A stretch of 51,265 bases of DNA, taken from IMG/VR virus record IMGVR_UViG_3300036900_000099, positions 1 through 51,265 of that record; one strand, given 5' to 3'. This DNA comes from a virus. Lineage: Duplodnaviria; Caudoviricetes. Below the pieces are notes generated by a model. The model did not search any database and was not told the origin of the DNA. It saw nothing but the letters and a program-made list of their open reading frames with translations. Every line of letters begins with the position of its first letter. Within the stretch, counting starts at the first letter, position 1. This document shows positions 6,684 to 16,497 of the stretch, piece by piece. The position numbers were made by a program, and so were the translations under genes.

Positions 6684-9425
6684 TTGTCTAAACTAGTTTT
6701 AAACGACGTGTCAGGCAATATATCAACTATTGCAACTACTATTAACAGTAATAGTGCTGCAACTGAAACAGCATTAGAAAATACTTTATCTAGAGATGGT
6801 ACATTACCTAATCAAATGATGTCTGATTTAGATATGAATTCTAATCAGATACTTAATCTACCTTTTCCTTCTAGTCCTAACTCTCCTGTAAGATTAATAG
6901 ATATTGAATCAACAGTAGGTAGTCCAAGTCTTATTACTTTTGATACTTTAGCGCAGTTTAAAGCTACGACGGAATCTATTACATCATCTTATATTAAAGT
7001 AAATGCAGTAACAGGTACTTATCCAGCTGCAGATGGTTTAGAAGCAACTCCTTTAACTTATAAAGCTATTACATCTACTCTTGGTTTGTATGGAGAAATT
7101 ACGGTAGCCGGGCAATTATATGCTCCTATATATTCTACTAATCCAGTGAATATGGGTGAGTTTGGTATAGTACCAGATGCTTCTTTTGCTCAAGGCACTA
7201 ATTATATAACGGCTACCGCAAATGGTACAACTACGTTAACAACATCTAATACAGCAGGAGTCACTGTTGGTGCTAATATTGCTAATTTAAGTTGGCATTC
7301 TTTTGCAGCAGCGGCAGTAGGAAATGCAGGTGTTATACCGATTGGAACTACGGTTATATCTTTTGTTCCTAATGTAAGTATTACGTTATCTAATCCTGTA
7401 GTTGCAGCATCAAACTTAGCTTTAATGTGGTGGACAGAATCTTTAACGGGGACAGATAACATCGTTGCCATGCAAGCAGCCATCGACTTTGCTATGCAGA
7501 ATGGTTACACGGATATAACAATCCCGCTTGGAAAGTACCTCATCAGTGACACACTTCATGCTGGATGGGGGGACGGATTCTATCAAATTCATATTCGCGG
7601 CATCGAGCGCATGGCTACCGGGTTCGACACTGGAGTAAATATTTACACGACGAAGACGGATCGTCCATGTCTAAGTTTACAAGGAACCCGATCGGCTAGT
7701 GTACAGGGAATTGCGTTCATCGGGAGAATGAAACAGTTCACTGAGTTTGCGCAGGGGTTTTCTCATCTGCTATCTAGCGACCCCCTTGATTGGGTTGATC
7801 CCAGATTTGTTCCGACCGGAAACAATCCAGGAGGTTTGCAACTCAGTGCCCCATGGGCTTGTATCACGCAAGATGCTTATTCGGGATCACAGCCGACCAT
7901 ACATTATCCAAATCGAACTTATCCGGCATGGGTCATAGCGAAGGGATATAGCACTCAATACGGCGGCGCATTTAGTTCTAACATACTGATACAGGATTGC
8001 TCCATATCTGGGTTTGCTGCGCTCATTGTTTCTGGTATCAATACCGACAGTCAAGGGGACTTCCTGAAGATGAACAGGTTAAGTCTTGAAGCTTGTGCTT
8101 ACGGAGCTTCAATTGGGAACAATCAGTCGAGAAACGTTCTATTTGAGAATATTGACGCTGCCCGGTATCACACGCTATTTTCTGGAACCAACTTAGGCAA
8201 GCAGGATGGAGAGATCGTTGGTCCTCTCGACAACATATCAGGCGGAAACGCTTATCAGTTTTTCGACTTCACCAGCTTGGCTATCACCGGCACACTAACG
8301 ATCAAGAATCTCTATTGTGAAGATCAGATTAGAATTGGGAACATGATCGGAGGAACATCGATTCCAGGAACGATAATATTCAAGGGAGGGTTCATTGATT
8401 GTCAAACAATATCAGGAAGGCTCCCGGCATCCCTGCTAACAATGGGGCAATTTGGGCAAGTGGTATTCGATGGGACAACGATAGACTATACCTATCGTAT
8501 AGCTAATATAGCGAATGGTGGTGGCGTACTAAAGCTGATGGCGGGTGGCTGGAATCTTGCCAACGTAAATCCGTCCACAGTTGCCCAGCAGAGGGCCATT
8601 AATTATTGTGGCGGGTTCTTAGCTGGAACGTCTCGTTTCAATGCGCTTGGGAGGAACAACTTTAAGGTAGATATGGCAAATATGTCGTATTACCCGACAT
8701 TGAATGCCGGAATCACCAACCTGTATCATGACGACGAGATAAAGTTTCTCTCGTCAGCCGGAGCACTTAACCGCTCTCCTATGACGCAAGCAGCAAAGAG
8801 GTACGTGGATCAACAGCATCGTCAATGGCGAATGACGGTTCCCCCGGAAGTGACGATATCAATCACTCCCGGCTATTCCAATGATGTCATGACATTCAGT
8901 TATGCGTCTGGGTTGCAGACTAATGTCAATGTCATGTATAACTTGACTGTCGGCGACATGCTGTATCACCCGCCCACCGGAACTATATTCGTCATTACAG
9001 CCATTGGGTCGGTATCTGGAGGGTTTTACCCTATAACGACTCAGCAACAGAATAACATCACAGTAGATTCTTCCAATAATTTCCAGTCTCAAAATAATAC
9101 TGATACTACGTTGGTTGGAGGCGTCATCATCGTCAAGACCGAGGCGGTAATTCCTGCGACCCTTGAATATGCAACTTTCGCTTCTGGAAGTGGTAATTTG
9201 ACGAACATTAGCGATGGTACGGGAACATCTAGTATGGCTGGAGATTATGTCAATGGTGATTATTTCTTTGGGGTTCCTAATCCCGCTGAAACATACCGCC
9301 AATGGCCGGTGACAGCGGGTTCGACGATTTCTGCTATCGTGGATGGCACTCCTGGGACTGCTACGTTGAGCGCTAACGCTATTGTGTCTGGACGATTCCC
9401 TCTTTTTCCTTATGAGTTATACTAA
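6684..9425 (+). CDS. Tailspike / receptor-binding protein, probable beta-helix depolymerase
   Basis: TTG start abutting a stop; N-terminal anchor shared with the 16498 ORF; TDN..AMQAAID...ITIPLGKYLISDTL is a pectate-lyase-3-like entry motif. Confidence 0.75.
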   Translation: MSKLVLNDVSGNISTIATTINSNSAATETALENTLSRDGTLPNQMMSDLDMNSNQILNLPFPSSPNSPVRLIDIESTVGSPSLITFDTLAQFKATTESITSSYIKVNAVTGTYPAADGLEATPLTYKAITSTLGLYGEITVAGQLYAPIYSTNPVNMGEFGIVPDASFAQGTNYITATANGTTTLTTSNTAGVTVGANIANLSWHSFAAAAVGNAGVIPIGTTVISFVPNVSITLSNPVVAASNLALMWWTESLTGTDNIVAMQAAIDFAMQNGYTDITIPLGKYLISDTLHAGWGDGFYQIHIRGIERMATGFDTGVNIYTTKTDRPCLSLQGTRSASVQGIAFIGRMKQFTEFAQGFSHLLSSDPLDWVDPRFVPTGNNPGGLQLSAPWACITQDAYSGSQPTIHYPNRTYPAWVIAKGYSTQYGGAFSSNILIQDCSISGFAALIVSGINTDSQGDFLKMNRLSLEACAYGASIGNNQSRNVLFENIDAARYHTLFSGTNLGKQDGEIVGPLDNISGGNAYQFFDFTSLAITGTLTIKNLYCEDQIRIGNMIGGTSIPGTIIFKGGFIDCQTISGRLPASLLTMGQFGQVVFDGTTIDYTYRIANIANGGGVLKLMAGGWNLANVNPSTVAQQRAINYCGGFLAGTSRFNALGRNNFKVDMANMSYYPTLNAGITNLYHDDEIKFLSSAGALNRSPMTQAAKRYVDQQHRQWRMTVPPEVTISITPGYSNDVMTFSYASGLQTNVNVMYNLTVGDMLYHPPTGTIFVITAIGSVSGGFYPITTQQQNNITVDSSNNFQSQNNTDTTLVGGVIIVKTEAVIPATLEYATFASGSGNLTNISDGTGTSSMAGDYVNGDYFFGVPNPAETYRQWPVTAGSTISAIVDGTPGTATLSANAIVSGRFPLFPYELY

Positions 9426-9553
9426 TGTTTAATGAACAAGATAAACAAAATTTAATAGCATGTATTGATTTAGCGATTAAACATGAAGGTTTAAAAGGGG
9501 CGTCCGTCCTTTTAGCGTTAGCACAAAAAGTACAAGAATTGAAAATTGAATAA
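9425..9553 (+). CDS. Hypothetical protein, 42 aa
   Basis: TAATG overlaps at both ends. Confidence 0.65.
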   Translation: MFNEQDKQNLIACIDLAIKHEGLKGASVLLALAQKVQELKIE

Positions 9554-9819
9554 TGATCGTATGGGAAATATCGTTAGGTAGTCTACTTACTATCTTTACT
9601 ATTTTATTTGCAGGATTAGGGTTTTATTTTCAGACTTTATATGACTCTAAAAGATTTAAAGTAGATATCAGTGAAATAAAGACTGATTTAAGAGTTTTAA
9701 ATAAAGTAATCGCAGATTTAGCCGTTCAGACAAGTAGATTAGATAACCAAGCAGAAAGACTTAACAGATTAGACGCCCGATTAGATGAATTGCGACATGG
9801 AAAAGGTTTTGTCCAATGA
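9553..9819 (+). CDS. Membrane-anchored coiled-coil protein, possibly lysis-related
   Basis: N-terminal TM segment followed by heptad repeats. Confidence 0.65.
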   Translation: MIVWEISLGSLLTIFTILFAGLGFYFQTLYDSKRFKVDISEIKTDLRVLNKVIADLAVQTSRLDNQAERLNRLDARLDELRHGKGFVQ

Positions 9820-10219
9820 GACTTTGTTCACATTAATTCAAGAAGCTGAGAAACGTAATACTCAACGTTTTGATGCTCAGCAAGAAGCTGTTGCAGTTGC
9901 AATGCTCGCACAAGAGAAAGCTGTATTAGCTGCTATGGCTGCTGCTGAAAAAGCAGTAACTAAAGCAGAAATAGCTTCAGAGAAACGTTTTGAATCAGTT
10001 AATGAGTTTCGTAAAGCTTTATCTGATCAAACAGCTACTTTTATCACACGTATTGAATTTTCGCTTATGTCAGATAAGTTAAATGTTGTGGATAAAATTG
10101 TAGGTGAACTGAGAGAACATCGAAGTACTGGAAGTGATATACTAGGACGTTTATTGTCTATCGCAGCAATTGTAATATCAGCATCTACTTTAATATTTTT
10201 AATATTTAGGCATGTATAA
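9785..10219 (+). CDS. Coiled-coil protein with C-terminal TM segment
   Basis: Ala-rich helix and hydrophobic C-terminus; start uncertain. Confidence 0.65.
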   Translation: MNCDMEKVLSNETLFTLIQEAEKRNTQRFDAQQEAVAVAMLAQEKAVLAAMAAAEKAVTKAEIASEKRFESVNEFRKALSDQTATFITRIEFSLMSDKLNVVDKIVGELREHRSTGSDILGRLLSIAAIVISASTLIFLIFRHV

Positions 10220-10221
10220 GT

Positions 10222-11787
10222 ATGGCAAGACCCAAGAAGACCGTTCTTGAGGCACAACGTAGTGAAACTAGATTAAGATGTGAATTAGATTTCATCTTCT
10301 TTATTAATACAATCGCACCTAAACGCCTATTAGGTTCTATACACATCGAGATATGTAAGTGGTTAAGTGCATCTAATGCTTGCTCTTATCAGTTACTTCT
10401 TCTTCCTAGAGATCATATGAAGAGTGCATTAGCAGCTTTCTTTGTCTCTTGGTTGATCACTAAAGATCCTACACTTAGGGTGCTCTATATCTCTTCTACT
10501 TCGTTGCTCGCTACTAAGCAGTTGAAGTTTATTAAAGATATAATTACTTCTACTAACTATCGTCTACTTTGGCCAGAGATGGTGAACAAAGAAGAAGCTA
10601 AGAGGGAGAAATGGACTGAAAGAGAAATATCAGTTGATGATCCTAGACGTGCTGCTGAGTCTATTCGCGATCCTACCATTATTACTGCTGGTCTTACTAC
10701 AAATATCGTGGGTCTTCATGCCGACGTAATTGTATTCGATGACGGTGTAACAGCGGCTAACGCTTATACCGAAGAAGGTAGAGAAAAGACTAGAGAACAG
10801 TACGGTTATCTGTCTTCTGTGCAGAGCACACATCCCAGAATATTAGTAGTTGGTACGCGTTACCATCCTAAAGATTTATATCCTTCCTTAAAGGAAATGA
10901 CGGTAGATGAACATAATGAATTTGGTGAAGTCATTTCTCGACGCTCACTCTATGACGTTAAAGAATACCCGGTCGAATCCATCGGTGACGGAACTGGTGA
11001 GTTTATTTGGCCGCGTCAACAAAGAGCGGACGGACAGTGGTTTGGATTTGACCAAAAAGTCTTGGCTGAAAAGCGAGCACAGTATATTAACCAAACTCAC
11101 TTCAGAGCCCAATACTACAACGATCCTCACGACGTCGATTCGTCCCCTATCGGGAAAGATCTCTTCCAATACTACGAACCCGGCCATCTTAGTGTTAGAG
11201 ATGGAAGATGGTTCTTTAAAGGAAACCGTCTTAACCTCATTGCAGCGGTTGATTTTGCATATACCACAGGAGTCCGAAGCGATTATACATCTATCGTCGT
11301 TGTCGGAGCAGATGGACAACTTAACTACTACATCTTAGAGATTGAAAGATTTAAAACTAGTAAAATCTCAGAAGTTTATAATCGTCTTTTCAAGATGTAC
11401 GAGAAGTGGGGTTTTAGAAAGTTAATGGCTGAGACTACTGCTGGCCAGAGAATGATCGTAGAGGACATACGTGACAACTATATCAGACCAGCCGGGCTTT
11501 CCTTGCAGGTGGAAGAATACTCCCCAACCCGTTTCGAAGGCTCAAAGAACGAGCGGATTATGGCAGTCTTGGAACCCCGTTACCACAATCGTCAGATCTG
11601 GCATTACCCGGGCGGCAATTGTCAAGTGCTCGAAGAGGAACTCATCTATCAGAATTCCCAACACGATGACTGCAAAGACGCCTTGGCCTGTGCCGTCAAG
11701 AATGTCCTTGCACCAATGACACTTAATCAACATAAAACAATTACACCAACACTAACTTACCATTCACGCTTTGGAGGCGTTGTATAA
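10222..11787 (+). CDS. terL: Terminase large subunit
   Basis: LLLLPRDHMKS Walker A variant, VIVFDD Walker B, VVGTRY coupling motif, AAVDFA and HDDCKDALA nuclease motifs. Confidence 0.95.
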   Translation: MARPKKTVLEAQRSETRLRCELDFIFFINTIAPKRLLGSIHIEICKWLSASNACSYQLLLLPRDHMKSALAAFFVSWLITKDPTLRVLYISSTSLLATKQLKFIKDIITSTNYRLLWPEMVNKEEAKREKWTEREISVDDPRRAAESIRDPTIITAGLTTNIVGLHADVIVFDDGVTAANAYTEEGREKTREQYGYLSSVQSTHPRILVVGTRYHPKDLYPSLKEMTVDEHNEFGEVISRRSLYDVKEYPVESIGDGTGEFIWPRQQRADGQWFGFDQKVLAEKRAQYINQTHFRAQYYNDPHDVDSSPIGKDLFQYYEPGHLSVRDGRWFFKGNRLNLIAAVDFAYTTGVRSDYTSIVVVGADGQLNYYILEIERFKTSKISEVYNRLFKMYEKWGFRKLMAETTAGQRMIVEDIRDNYIRPAGLSLQVEEYSPTRFEGSKNERIMAVLEPRYHNRQIWHYPGGNCQVLEEELIYQNSQHDDCKDALACAVKNVLAPMTLNQHKTITPTLTYHSRFGGVV

Positions 11788-11788
11788 C

Positions 11789-11995
11789 ATGGCAGATTAC
11801 AAAGGCTACGGTGCGGACTTAGAAGGTCCTTACATGCCTAATTACAGTAAACAACCTTCAGGAAACCTAAGCATTAGACCTAGTTTACCTGTGGGAGCTA
11901 CTGATACACATGAGTCTACTTACAGTACTTACAAACAAGGCAGGGATGCTAAGAATATTTCAAGAGCGGTACGGCCAGAACTGACTGAAGAATAA
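11789..11995 (+). CDS. Hypothetical protein
   Basis: GGAGG RBS, ATG 11789, TAATG overlap with portal. Confidence 0.65.
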   Translation: MADYKGYGADLEGPYMPNYSKQPSGNLSIRPSLPVGATDTHESTYSTYKQGRDAKNISRAVRPELTEE

Positions 11996-13860
11996 TGACT
12001 GGCACCGTACTAGGTCTTGAGAATGTAGAAGGTTCTACACAGAATACAGGGTTTATTGTCCCTGATCGGCTTGCTATTAGATTAACAGAGAAGTTTGTAC
12101 AATGGAACATTTTAAGACAACGGAAAGTGAACGACTGGGAAGAGATACGTCGTTACATATTCGCAACGGATACGACTCAGACGTCCAACGCTACTCTTCC
12201 GTGGAAGAACAAAACGACGGTCCCCAAATCGTGTCAGATCCGGGACAACCTACTCGCGAACTACATCGCTACATTATTTCCCCAACGTAATAATATCTAC
12301 TGGGAAGCTAACGAACTCGATAGCGCACAACCAGCTAAACGTGATGCGATTGAAGCATACATTGGTTGGGCGATAGATCAACCTCATTTCATTACTGAAA
12401 TGGAGAAGATTATTGCGGACTACATCGACTTTGGTAACTGCTTTGCTACGGTAGAATGGGTTGATTCTAGAGCTGAACAGATTCCAGGAGTAACCCAAAC
12501 AGGATTTATTGGTCCTGCGATTAAACGTATTAGTCCGCTCGATATGGTGATGAATCCTACTGCAGAGAGTTTCTACCGGTCTCCTAAATTTGTACGTTCG
12601 ATGGTATCTTTAGGTGAACTTAAAGAATATCTACAACGAGAATCTACCGATGATAATCGCCAAGAGATGGAAGAACTTTTCAACTACCTTAAGAACTTAA
12701 GATTTAAGGCTAGGGAGTTTCAAGGAGAATGGGCTCAACGTGATCGCCTTTATGCTATGGACGGCTTTACTAGCTTTCGTAATTACTTGCTTAGTGATTA
12801 TTGCGAAGTCATAACTTTTTACGGAGATTGGTATGATTACGTTAATGATGAATTTCAGAAAAACAGGATCATTACAGTCGTTGATCGGCATAAGCTTATT
12901 GGGAATCGTCCAAATCCTTCTCTTTATAGCTATCCTCCTATCTATCATGTCCCATGGAGACGTAAACAAGACAATCTTTGGGGTATGGGTCCTCTCGATA
13001 ATCTTATTGGTATGCAGTACCGTATGGATCATGTTGAGAATCTCAAAGCCGATGTATGGGACTTTACAGCTTTCCCAGTCCAAAAGATCAAAGGTTTCGT
13101 AGATGACTTTACCTGGCAACCAGGTGAAAAGATTTATGTAACTGAAGAAGGTGACGTAGATATAGTCTCTCCTGACGTTAATGCGCTCAATGCTAATTTA
13201 GAGTTAGACCGTATTGAACGTCTTATGGAAGAAATGGCCGGCGCTCCAAGAGAAGCAATGGGATTTAGGTCTCCTGGTGAAAAAACAAAATACGAAGTTC
13301 AGCGTTTAGAGAATGCTGCAGCTCGTTTATTCCAGAATAAGATTAAGCAATTTGAAGTGCAACTAGTAGAGCCACTACTTAATGCAATGCTCGAATTAGC
13401 ACGGCGTAATCTTACTGGAGTACAAACTATCCAGATATTCGACAATCCAGGTCAAGGAGTAATATTTCAAGAACTGACTGTCGATGATATTACCGGTATA
13501 GGCCGAATCAAACCGATTGCTGCACGACATTTTGCTGAACAAGCAGAGTTAGTACAGAACTTAACTTCCCTTGCAGGAAGCCAATTATGGCCGATCGTTC
13601 AGCCACACTTTAGTGGTGTCGGACTTGCGAAGATGTTCGAAACCACGTTTAACATGAAAGACTACCACCTAGTCACACCTAATATTGCACTAGCAGAACA
13701 AGCAGAGATGCAGCAACTCTCCCACTCTATGGAAGAGCAGACGCATAAGATGATTGGTACTCCTACGGGTATGGGCGATGACTTTGACATCCCACCTGGG
13801 TCACCTGTTCCACAGATGGCTCAACAACAGCAGCAACAGCTACAACCACCACAGGGTTAA
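11995..13860 (+). CDS. Portal protein
   Basis: 621 aa after terL; DFGNCFA, RISPLD, WGMGPLDNLIGMQY and EEMAGAP motifs of podoviral portals. Confidence 0.9.
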   Translation: MTGTVLGLENVEGSTQNTGFIVPDRLAIRLTEKFVQWNILRQRKVNDWEEIRRYIFATDTTQTSNATLPWKNKTTVPKSCQIRDNLLANYIATLFPQRNNIYWEANELDSAQPAKRDAIEAYIGWAIDQPHFITEMEKIIADYIDFGNCFATVEWVDSRAEQIPGVTQTGFIGPAIKRISPLDMVMNPTAESFYRSPKFVRSMVSLGELKEYLQRESTDDNRQEMEELFNYLKNLRFKAREFQGEWAQRDRLYAMDGFTSFRNYLLSDYCEVITFYGDWYDYVNDEFQKNRIITVVDRHKLIGNRPNPSLYSYPPIYHVPWRRKQDNLWGMGPLDNLIGMQYRMDHVENLKADVWDFTAFPVQKIKGFVDDFTWQPGEKIYVTEEGDVDIVSPDVNALNANLELDRIERLMEEMAGAPREAMGFRSPGEKTKYEVQRLENAAARLFQNKIKQFEVQLVEPLLNAMLELARRNLTGVQTIQIFDNPGQGVIFQELTVDDITGIGRIKPIAARHFAEQAELVQNLTSLAGSQLWPIVQPHFSGVGLAKMFETTFNMKDYHLVTPNIALAEQAEMQQLSHSMEEQTHKMIGTPTGMGDDFDIPPGSPVPQMAQQQQQQLQPPQG

Positions 13861-13869
13861 TCTAGACCG

Positions 13870-14190
13870 ATGATTACAAAGTGGACACAACACCTTAAAG
13901 AACCTAAAGATCAAGAGGATTTTAAGGAAAGTATTTATAGAGCACGACATGTCTTAGATAGACTTAGAGCGATATGCGACGAGTTCGAAAGCGCCGTAGA
14001 ACGTTCTGAGCAGTCTCCTAAGATATATGATTGCTCTAATTGGGCTTATCTACAAGCTCATTATAACGGCTTTAAACAGTGTCTGTCTCAATTCAAAAGT
14101 CTCCTAGACCATAGAGAGGAAGAAAACAATGGACGACCTGTTCCACATACAAGACCCCAATTCCCAACTACCACAAATAGACCCGAATAA
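13870..14190 (+). CDS. Hypothetical protein between portal and scaffold
   Basis: YDxxNWAYLQAHxNG motif; synteny. Confidence 0.75.
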   Translation: MITKWTQHLKEPKDQEDFKESIYRARHVLDRLRAICDEFESAVERSEQSPKIYDCSNWAYLQAHYNGFKQCLSQFKSLLDHREEENNGRPVPHTRPQFPTTTNRPE

Positions 14191-14932
14191 GAATTATCTT
14201 AACGAGTATGTGGGAGAAGGAAAGAAATTTAAAACAGTAGAAGACTTAGCTAAATCTAAGTTCCATGCTGATACTTACATACCACTTCTAGAGCGACGTT
14301 TAGACCAGTACGAAGCAGATAGAGCGGCGATGAAGAAAGAGATCGATACTCGGCAAAGTATCGAGGAGATTGTAAAAGATCTTATGAATAAACAAACTAC
14401 TACCACTCAGCCACTTACCCAGGAGAGCAAAGTAGAGTCTGTTAAGATTGCCCCGACACTAGATCCAACCAAGATCGACGAACTAGTATCCACTAAGATC
14501 AACGAGTGGGATATACAGAAACGTCAGACTGCGAATGTCGCAGAAGTGCGCGGTAAGCTTAAAGAACGTTTTGGTGAAAGATTCCCTGACGTGCTTAAAG
14601 CAAAAGCAGATGAACTGGGAGTTTCTCCTTCGTTCTTGAATAACCTTGCTAAAGATCATCCTTCTGTTTTGTATAAAACCTTAGGTCTTGATCAGAATGT
14701 ACAGGCGACTAATATCAATCCTCTTACTACTACAACGCGCTTTGCGCCTCAAGGTGAGAAGAAACGTACTTGGTCTTATTATCAAGAAATGAAGAAGACT
14801 GATCCAGACACCTACAACAATCCACGAACTGCTTTGCAGATGCAACGTGATGCTATTGAGTTAGGAGATACCTTTCAAGATGGTGATTATCACAAAGACT
14901 TTAGCAGAGCATTTCATTTAACTCCAAACTAA
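14129..14932 (+). CDS. Capsid scaffolding protein
   Basis: VGEGKKFKTVEDLAK motif, coiled coil, immediately upstream of the capsid gene. Confidence 0.8.
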   Translation: MDDLFHIQDPNSQLPQIDPNKNYLNEYVGEGKKFKTVEDLAKSKFHADTYIPLLERRLDQYEADRAAMKKEIDTRQSIEEIVKDLMNKQTTTTQPLTQESKVESVKIAPTLDPTKIDELVSTKINEWDIQKRQTANVAEVRGKLKERFGERFPDVLKAKADELGVSPSFLNNLAKDHPSVLYKTLGLDQNVQATNINPLTTTTRFAPQGEKKRTWSYYQEMKKTDPDTYNNPRTALQMQRDAIELGDTFQDGDYHKDFSRAFHLTPN

Positions 14933-14954
14933 TTCCAAAAGGAATAATTTAACA

Positions 14955-15914
14955 ATGGCTAGTGGTTTTACTACACTTACGAACGAACATTTGATTCGTT
15001 CCAACGTGTGGGAACGACAACTTAAAGAGCTGTTGCTCGATGACCTGAATGCGACTAAGTTTGTGCGCATGATTCCCGACTTTACGGATGGCACTACGTT
15101 GAACATCCCGTCGCTCGGTGAAGCTGAGACTGCTGACTTTGCAGAAGGTAATGCGATTAAGTATAACAAGATGGATACCGGTAATTTTACTTTTACCATC
15201 GACCAGTATATTTATTCTGCTAACTCCATTTCTGCTAAGTTTAAGCGTGATTCTTGGTACTCCCAAGAAGTTATGGCTGCTTTCGTTCCGCGACAGCACC
15301 GTGCTTTGATGGAACGTATCGAAGCTCGTATTCTCAGCCGTGGTAATGCCGGACAAACTGCTTCTTCGTTGAATGCCATTAACGGTGGCAATCATCGTTG
15401 GGTTGGTTCAGGAACTTCGAACTCTATTGCTCTTCAAGATTTTGCTAAGGCACAGTTCTCGCTTCAACGCGCGAATGTTCCTCTGCGCAATCTCTGTGCG
15501 GTGGTCGATCCTTCCGTTGCTTACACTCTCCAAACTCAGACTAACCTCGTCAATCTTTTGACTCCCAACTCTCGTTGGCAGCCGATCGTAAATAACAGTG
15601 CAATGACTGGCTTTCAGTTTATGTATAACATTTACGGTTTTGACGTCTATGTCTCTAACTATCTGCCGCGTGGTATATCGGAAACGGTAAACTCTGTGGC
15701 AATCACAAATGGTGTTGCTAATCAGCTCTTCAGTGCAGCTGCTGGCGATATCATGCCCTTCGTCGGTTGTTTCCGTCAAATGCCTACTGTCTACTCGGAG
15801 TTCAATAAAGACCTCCAGCAAGAAGAGTATCTGACGATTACTGAATATGGTTACAAGCTTTATCGGCCTGAGAACTATGTCCAGATTATGACCGACACCA
15901 CCATCGTCACCTAA
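14955..15914 (+). CDS. Major capsid protein
   Basis: 319 aa; GTTLNIPSLG, IYGFDVYVSNYLP and YGYKLYRPEN motifs; strong RBS and biased codon usage. Confidence 0.92.
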   Translation: MASGFTTLTNEHLIRSNVWERQLKELLLDDLNATKFVRMIPDFTDGTTLNIPSLGEAETADFAEGNAIKYNKMDTGNFTFTIDQYIYSANSISAKFKRDSWYSQEVMAAFVPRQHRALMERIEARILSRGNAGQTASSLNAINGGNHRWVGSGTSNSIALQDFAKAQFSLQRANVPLRNLCAVVDPSVAYTLQTQTNLVNLLTPNSRWQPIVNNSAMTGFQFMYNIYGFDVYVSNYLPRGISETVNSVAITNGVANQLFSAAAGDIMPFVGCFRQMPTVYSEFNKDLQQEEYLTITEYGYKLYRPENYVQIMTDTTIVT

Positions 15915-15926
15915 GGAGGTACTCAT

Positions 15927-16457
15927 ATGACTGCTCTCGCAACTATTACGGGTACACAGAACTTCTTGGATAACGATGGCTTGCTCCGGAAGTACGGTAC
16001 GGATAAAACTGTTCCCACTTCTGCTGGTGAATATCGCATGCCCGGTGAACTTCGTGAGATTGAGTTTATGCTCGATATCTCGAAGCTGACGACTACGGAC
16101 CAAATCATTAACGACCAAGTGTTCTTTCCGAAGACTGCTTGGGTTGAAAAGGTTGTGATTGACGTTCAGGTCGCAGGTGCAACGATCACTGCTCTGAACA
16201 TTGGACTTACGTCTACTGCACGTGACAGTGCTACGACTACTTCCAACGCTTTCTTGGATGCAGAGGTTGTTGCTACGCTTGCGCTCGGTAAGATCATTAC
16301 TTATGATGCAACCACTACTCACCATGGTGTTGCGCTAGGTACTGCTCTTTCTACGAACGCTCCTGGCTACATCACTGCAAACATTACTGGTTCGACTGGT
16401 ACTGGCCTTCTGAAGGTTCGTATCTTCTATCGTTCTAGCACTGTTACTACCCAATAA
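15927..16457 (+). CDS. Capsid decoration / cement-like protein
   Basis: TAAGGAGG RBS; directly follows the MCP, before a hairpin. Confidence 0.65.
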   Translation: MTALATITGTQNFLDNDGLLRKYGTDKTVPTSAGEYRMPGELREIEFMLDISKLTTTDQIINDQVFFPKTAWVEKVVIDVQVAGATITALNIGLTSTARDSATTTSNAFLDAEVVATLALGKIITYDATTTHHGVALGTALSTNAPGYITANITGSTGTGLLKVRIFYRSSTVTTQ

Positions 16458-16487
16458 TGAGTGGGGGAGGCAACTCCCCCATCATTT
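16457..16487 (+). terminator. Leaky terminator or hairpin after the capsid genes
   Basis: TGGGGGAG-GCAA-CTCCCCCA with a short T tail. Confidence 0.7.
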
Positions 16488-16497
16488 AAGGAAAACA

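Noticed and set aside
14918-16325. Long antisense ORFs over the capsid genes, and similar shadows elsewhere
   Set aside because: Expected by-product of biased codon usage on the coding strand; no RBS or protein-like features
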